In this document: piece by piece, positions 59,730 through 64,000 of the stretch | How the letters are laid out: every line of letters starts with the position of its first letter | How positions within the stretch are numbered: position 1 is the stretch's first letter | Source: the human T2T-CHM13v2.0 reference genome, Homo sapiens | Strand: one strand, 5' to 3' | NCBI RefSeq assembly: GCF_009914755.1 | Contig: NC_060926.1 | DNA: 64,000 nt | Program-made: the position numbers and the translations under genes | The notes under the pieces: generated by a model | Seen by the model: only the letters and a program-made list of their open reading frames with translations | Told to the model about the DNA's origin: nothing | The model's database searches: none

Positions 59730-59838
59730 TAGATTTTTGAGTCCCAAGCTATGTTGTACCCATTTTTCTTCCTCTATGATTCATAGCAAAATGCATGAAA
59801 CATAGCAGATACATAATAAATGCTTGCTAACATGCATG
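59730..59838 (+). mobile_element. L2 3' end
   Basis: TAGCAAAATGCATGAAACATAGCAGATACATAATAAATGCTTGCT. Confidence 0.55.
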
Positions 59839-60282
59839 TAGGAGTAATGAAAGTACATATTGGAATTTAAACATAGAAATTGAAGGATATTGGATAAAAA
59901 AATATTTGATAACAAATGCTGCATTAGGAGTTATTTTAGGAATGACTTAAACTAGGTCTCTGTTCTTCGGAGTTAATTCCTCAGACAATAAGCATATGTA
60001 TTCCAAATGTTTCTGTTTTGCTTCAGTAACAAGAAAATCACAAGTGTAACTATCAACATATTATCCAGAATAACATTTTTATGTCATCTAAATGGAGGAT
60101 GGAAAATGTTTTTGCAAAGGAATTCAATCCAGAAATTATTTATTAAAACCCAACTGTGTGTGTATATGTATGTGTGTAAAACAACACCAGGTAGGGATAA
60201 TAATGGAAAATAAATTTAAGATCTAGAATCTCCAATCAAGCAATGAACACCCTAGATAATTAATGTTCTTAACAAACTTTTT

Positions 60283-60328
60283 AAAATCAAATTTTCTTAA
60301 TAAAAATCAAATTTTCTTACTAAAAATC
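60283..60328. repeat. 20-bp tandem repeat x2.3
   Basis: AAAATCAAATTTTCTTA(A/C)TA repeated. Confidence 0.85.
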
Positions 60329-60389
60329 TGGCCAATTTATGTTTTTAGTTCAATAATTTGAACATTGCTTTCAAATTGTTTTCTGACAC

Positions 60390-61345
60390 CTTTACTAGCA
60401 ATTGATATTATCCATCTTTTTCTTCAAATTTCATTAATATAGGGAATGAAAAATTGTTTCTGTTTTAATGTGCATTTTCCTAATTATTAGTGAGGGTGTG
60501 TGTCTTCTAAATGATTACTGGCCACTCCTATGTATTGGCTGTTAACTATCTATTTATATATTGGCTTCTTTACATTGAGTTTTTTACGTTTAGGAGTGAA
60601 ATTTTAGATCTTTTAAAATGTATTTTATGTGTAAACCCTTTAGTATATGTGCATTAGTCTGTTTTCACACTCTATAAAGATCTACCTGAGACTGGATAAT
60701 TTATGAATAAAAAAGGCTTAATTGACTCACAATTCCACAGGCTTAATAAGAAGCATGACTGGGAGGCCTCAGGAAACTTACAATCATGGCAGAAGGGGAA
60801 GCAAGGAACTTCACATGGTGACTGGAGAGAAAGTGCAAGAGGGGAGGTGCACACACTTTTAATCCATCAGATATTGTGAGAACTCACTCACTATCATGAG
60901 AACAGCAAGGGGGAAATCCGCTCCTATGATCCAATCACCTCCCACCAGGCCCCTCCTCCAATTTGCCATAAGATTTGGGCAGGGACACAAATCCAAACCG
61001 TATCAATATGTATTGCAAATATTTACCCAACCTTTTCACTTGTTTTTTAATTTGCTCTACAGCATATATTGTCACACAGATATTTTTATTTTAATGCAGG
61101 CTAACGTAACTACCTTGTTTCTTGAATTTACATTTTGAGGGTTACTTGATATTGTCTTCAGTTCTACAAATCAAAATTATGATTACATTCCTCAGTTATA
61201 CATATAACATGATATAGGTTTTTAAAAGTAAATGTTTTGGTCTTACTGAAATTTCTTTTTATTTTGTTTATATTTTAGTGTAGAGATTTAACTTTATATT
61301 TTTTCCTAGATGAAAGTCAGTCAAATATTTCAACATGATTTAATG
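60390..61345 (-). mobile_element. Old L1ME-like fragment interrupted by THE1D
   Basis: TGTTTTAATGTGCATTTTCCTAATTATTAGTGAGG and TTGCAAATATTT antisense L1M motifs. Confidence 0.65.
60650..61005 (-). mobile_element. THE1D-like solo LTR
   Basis: TGCATTAGTC...CCGTATCA termini; TSD ATATG (60645-49, 61006-10). Confidence 0.93.
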
Positions 61346-61518
61346 TCTTTTCCAGTTTTTCTCTGAAAGAAATTCAGAACAGTTAAGGAGTACATTATGG
61401 AATGGACTTATCTAAGAATCAAGGAAAATCGTTATTGAATGAAGGGAAAAAAACACAACCTCTTTTGAGTATGAGTACAAACGAATAAAGGGAGATGAGC
61501 AGCAGCAGGGCATTGTAA

Positions 61519-61833
61519 TTAGGTAAGGCTTAGTTGGTTTAATATTTTCCACCCCCTCAATGAGTTAAGACACTTTAGCCTCACAGTATTCAATTCAGAC
61601 CTAGAAGAAAGTTGATCCTTTGTTATTGGTTTATAAAAGCATGTGTCTGAGATGATGGAAGGCTCCAATGTTGCAGCAGCAGAAGAACAATTTTGAGCAT
61701 TCTGGACCTCTATACACATGGGGTGGGCATTGCTGAGTGGTGGCAAGTAACAGGAAACAGGCTTCTTGCTTCCGTGGTCTGTGGTGGGCAGTGATGTTTG
61801 CAGTTTTGCAGGCTGCATGTGGGCCTCAGGCAT
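61519..61833 (-). CDS. DIRC1: 104-aa orphan ORF matching DIRC1 (disrupted in renal carcinoma 1); protein-coding status doubtful
   Basis: True ATG-to-TAA ORF in a GC-richer island where I recognise no repeat. Its length and sequence (MPEAHMQPAKLQTSLPTTDHGSKK...WKILNQLSLT) match my recollection of human DIRC1. No recognisable domain; weak Kozak context (GACAAATGC). Confidence 0.8.
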   Translation of the reverse strand: MPEAHMQPAKLQTSLPTTDHGSKKPVSCYLPPLSNAHPMCIEVQNAQNCSSAAATLEPSIISDTCFYKPITKDQLSSRSELNTVRLKCLNSLRGWKILNQLSLT

Positions 61834-61867
61834 TTGTCAGGGTGGGTGGTCGGGCTGTTTCTCTGCA

Positions 61868-61874
61868 TGAGTCA
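61868..61874. promoter_or_regulatory. AP-1 consensus site next to a GT-box upstream of the DIRC1 ORF
   Basis: TGAGTCA at 61868-74 and GGGTGGGTGG at 61840-49. Motif match only. Confidence 0.3.
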
Positions 61875-62769
61875 GAAGAAGGAAGAGACCCAGCTGAGTA
61901 TACGAAATAAATTCATTCCATTTGATTTCTCTGTTACAAGAATACTATAACTATTAGCTAATGTTAAAATTGATGTCTACCAGGGATTATGCTAAAATTT
62001 ACAAGTATATATTTGGCTAAGGTCTCTGAAAGAGGGATGAGTAGATTGAGATCAAAGAATAAGCAAAATAAGATATATTCTGTAAATGAAACTGTAATAA
62101 CTTTTATTCACTATATGAATGCTATTTACCTCCCCGACAACATATAGAATATCTTCTTCAGAGAATAAATTGCTTCTAAGCCATCGTAGAAATTTTCCGT
62201 TTTTTTTTCAAAACTTCAGATTACAAAATATTTCTATTTACATAATATGGTTTTTGATGAATTGCTGAAATTTCTCACTTCAACTTTTTGGGTTGTTTAA
62301 TATTAAGTGTAAGAAACTACTTAGGAAATTTAAACGTTATTTACTACATGATAAGAAAAAGATATAGTTCGATGTATTTCAAAATTTTTATTTCATAGAT
62401 AATGTATCATCATAGATGTATCATATCACCACCCTTAAGCTTTGCACCTGGGTTGGCTGAAATCTGAAATCCCAAGTCTAATTTAATATAAGTTTTTATT
62501 TTAGTCTTCTCAGGCACAGTCTTGAATCATTAAGTTGTCTTCATTTGCATTAGCAATAGTTATGAATCCAATTTCGCACCATGAGTGACTTTTAACTTCA
62601 TCCTTACTGATATAAATATCACAGTGTACTAGGGATGGAAGAGAAGCCTGCAGTAGAATCAAATACAGGAGAAAACAACCTATAATGCCCCTGGGTATTT
62701 GCAAACTTGGAGTATTTGAGAAGAAATAAATTGTTTTAGTGCATCTTCTCCAGCTTTCTTGATAAAAAA

Positions 62770-62890
62770 AAAACTGGCAAATTGAGGCACACAAAGGATA
62801 AGTGAGTTGGCTGATAAGGCAAAGCTAATTTGTTCAGAGCTGGGACAAGCCCCTAGTCCCCTGAATTCCAGTGTTTCAGGATTCTTTTCT
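62770..62890 (-). mobile_element. MIR fragment
   Basis: GCAAATTGAGGCACACAAAGGATAAGTGAGTTGG...CAGAGCTGGGA antisense core. Confidence 0.7.
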
Positions 62891-62989
62891 GATGTTTAAC
62901 TACCTGCCTAGATGTAACATATTCCAATATTTGAATTTAAATAACGTCGTATTATTGACACTCTTAATTCTAGACAATATTTTAGGGTG

Positions 62990-63242
62990 AAGTGTGTAAG
63001 TTCTGGAGAAATATGATATATTTCAAATCCTGACTATTGTTTCCTAATTGTATGACTCTGGCAAGTTACTTAACCTCTCTAGATGTCTATTTCTTCCATT
63101 GGCAAAAATAGGACTCCTAATTATTAATGTTATATCTACCACAAAATCCATCATAGGGCTCAAATAGGGTAATCCCTCTAAAGCACTTATATTAGCACTC
63201 AACACGTATTGCTCAAGATGAACGTTGCTGATTATTATTTTC
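62990..63242 (+). mobile_element. MIR SINE
   Basis: TTCAAATCCTGACT, GGCAAGTTACTTAACCTCTCT core, TAAAGCACTTA tail. Confidence 0.8.
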
Positions 63243-64000
63243 ATCACAGTCTCAAACTTTGCTATTAAGTGTTACTGTTCCTTATCACATATTATTTTGA
63301 ACTATATTTACTTTATCTCATATATAATGCTTTCTGATGGATAATCCGACCCATTCTGGAAATTAGCATATACCCCAGTCAGATGGATGCTTAAGGGTTG
63401 AGGTGTCTTCCTTTGAAAATTATAATTTAATATAAGTTGTTTCATATACATTATTAAGAGAGACATTTAGCCTACTTTAATTATTCTGCAAATACTTATT
63501 AGCTTGCCTTTCAGTGAAAGAGACTATCATTTGCATATATAACAATCTGAAATAAAATTATAGGATATACGTGCACCACACCTGCATTTGGAAGCATGGT
63601 ATATATGTGTAATGAATTGTATATCTTTGGAAGCCTGTCACTTAGCTTAATTTAGTTTTTCCAATTTTTAAATATTTTTCATTAATTAGTTGTGATTTCT
63701 GTATACATTATACCTCTTTTGTAACTGTGGGAATGTCTAAGTATATTTCTGAAATTTATATTTTAACAATTTGGCTCATAATTACACTTGTCTTTGCCAA
63801 GTACTGTGGTAGATGCTAGAGATAAAATTAAGGAGAAATGATTCCTCAAAATGCTTATACACCTCCTAGTTTATTTATATTGTGTTAGAGAACAAATGCT
63901 TATATTTTGAAATGTTAAAAAGGCACAGCATAAGGAAAGAGATAATCAAAATTGATAATCTGAATGGTTTGGGATTTTGTGTTTTCTATCTGGTAAAGTT

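Overview
This is AT-rich, CpG-poor primate (most likely human) genomic DNA, mostly interspersed repeats: L1s of many ages, HAL1, L2, MIR, Alus, solo LTRs (MER50, MER11, THE1, LTR16, MLT-like) and DNA-transposon MITEs (MER47, MER1A, Tigger4). Most long ORFs in the track are repeat-derived, and the rest look like chance frames. The one exception is a non-repeat 104-aa ORF on the minus strand (61519-61833). From memory I recognise it as DIRC1 (disrupted in renal carcinoma 1, human 2q32-33), an orphan gene of doubtful coding status, and the rest of the window may be largely its intron. I found no evidence of a new multi-gene biological system. The features worth a second look are the DIRC1 ORF and its overlapping uORF, a MER11 LTR with an aberrant ~100-255 bp target duplication, a captured foreign fragment inside a GAA tract, three twin-primed L1s and an unexplained MITE-like inverted repeat. 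Repeat family names come from remembered consensus sequences rather than a database search. Boundaries without TSD support are approximate.
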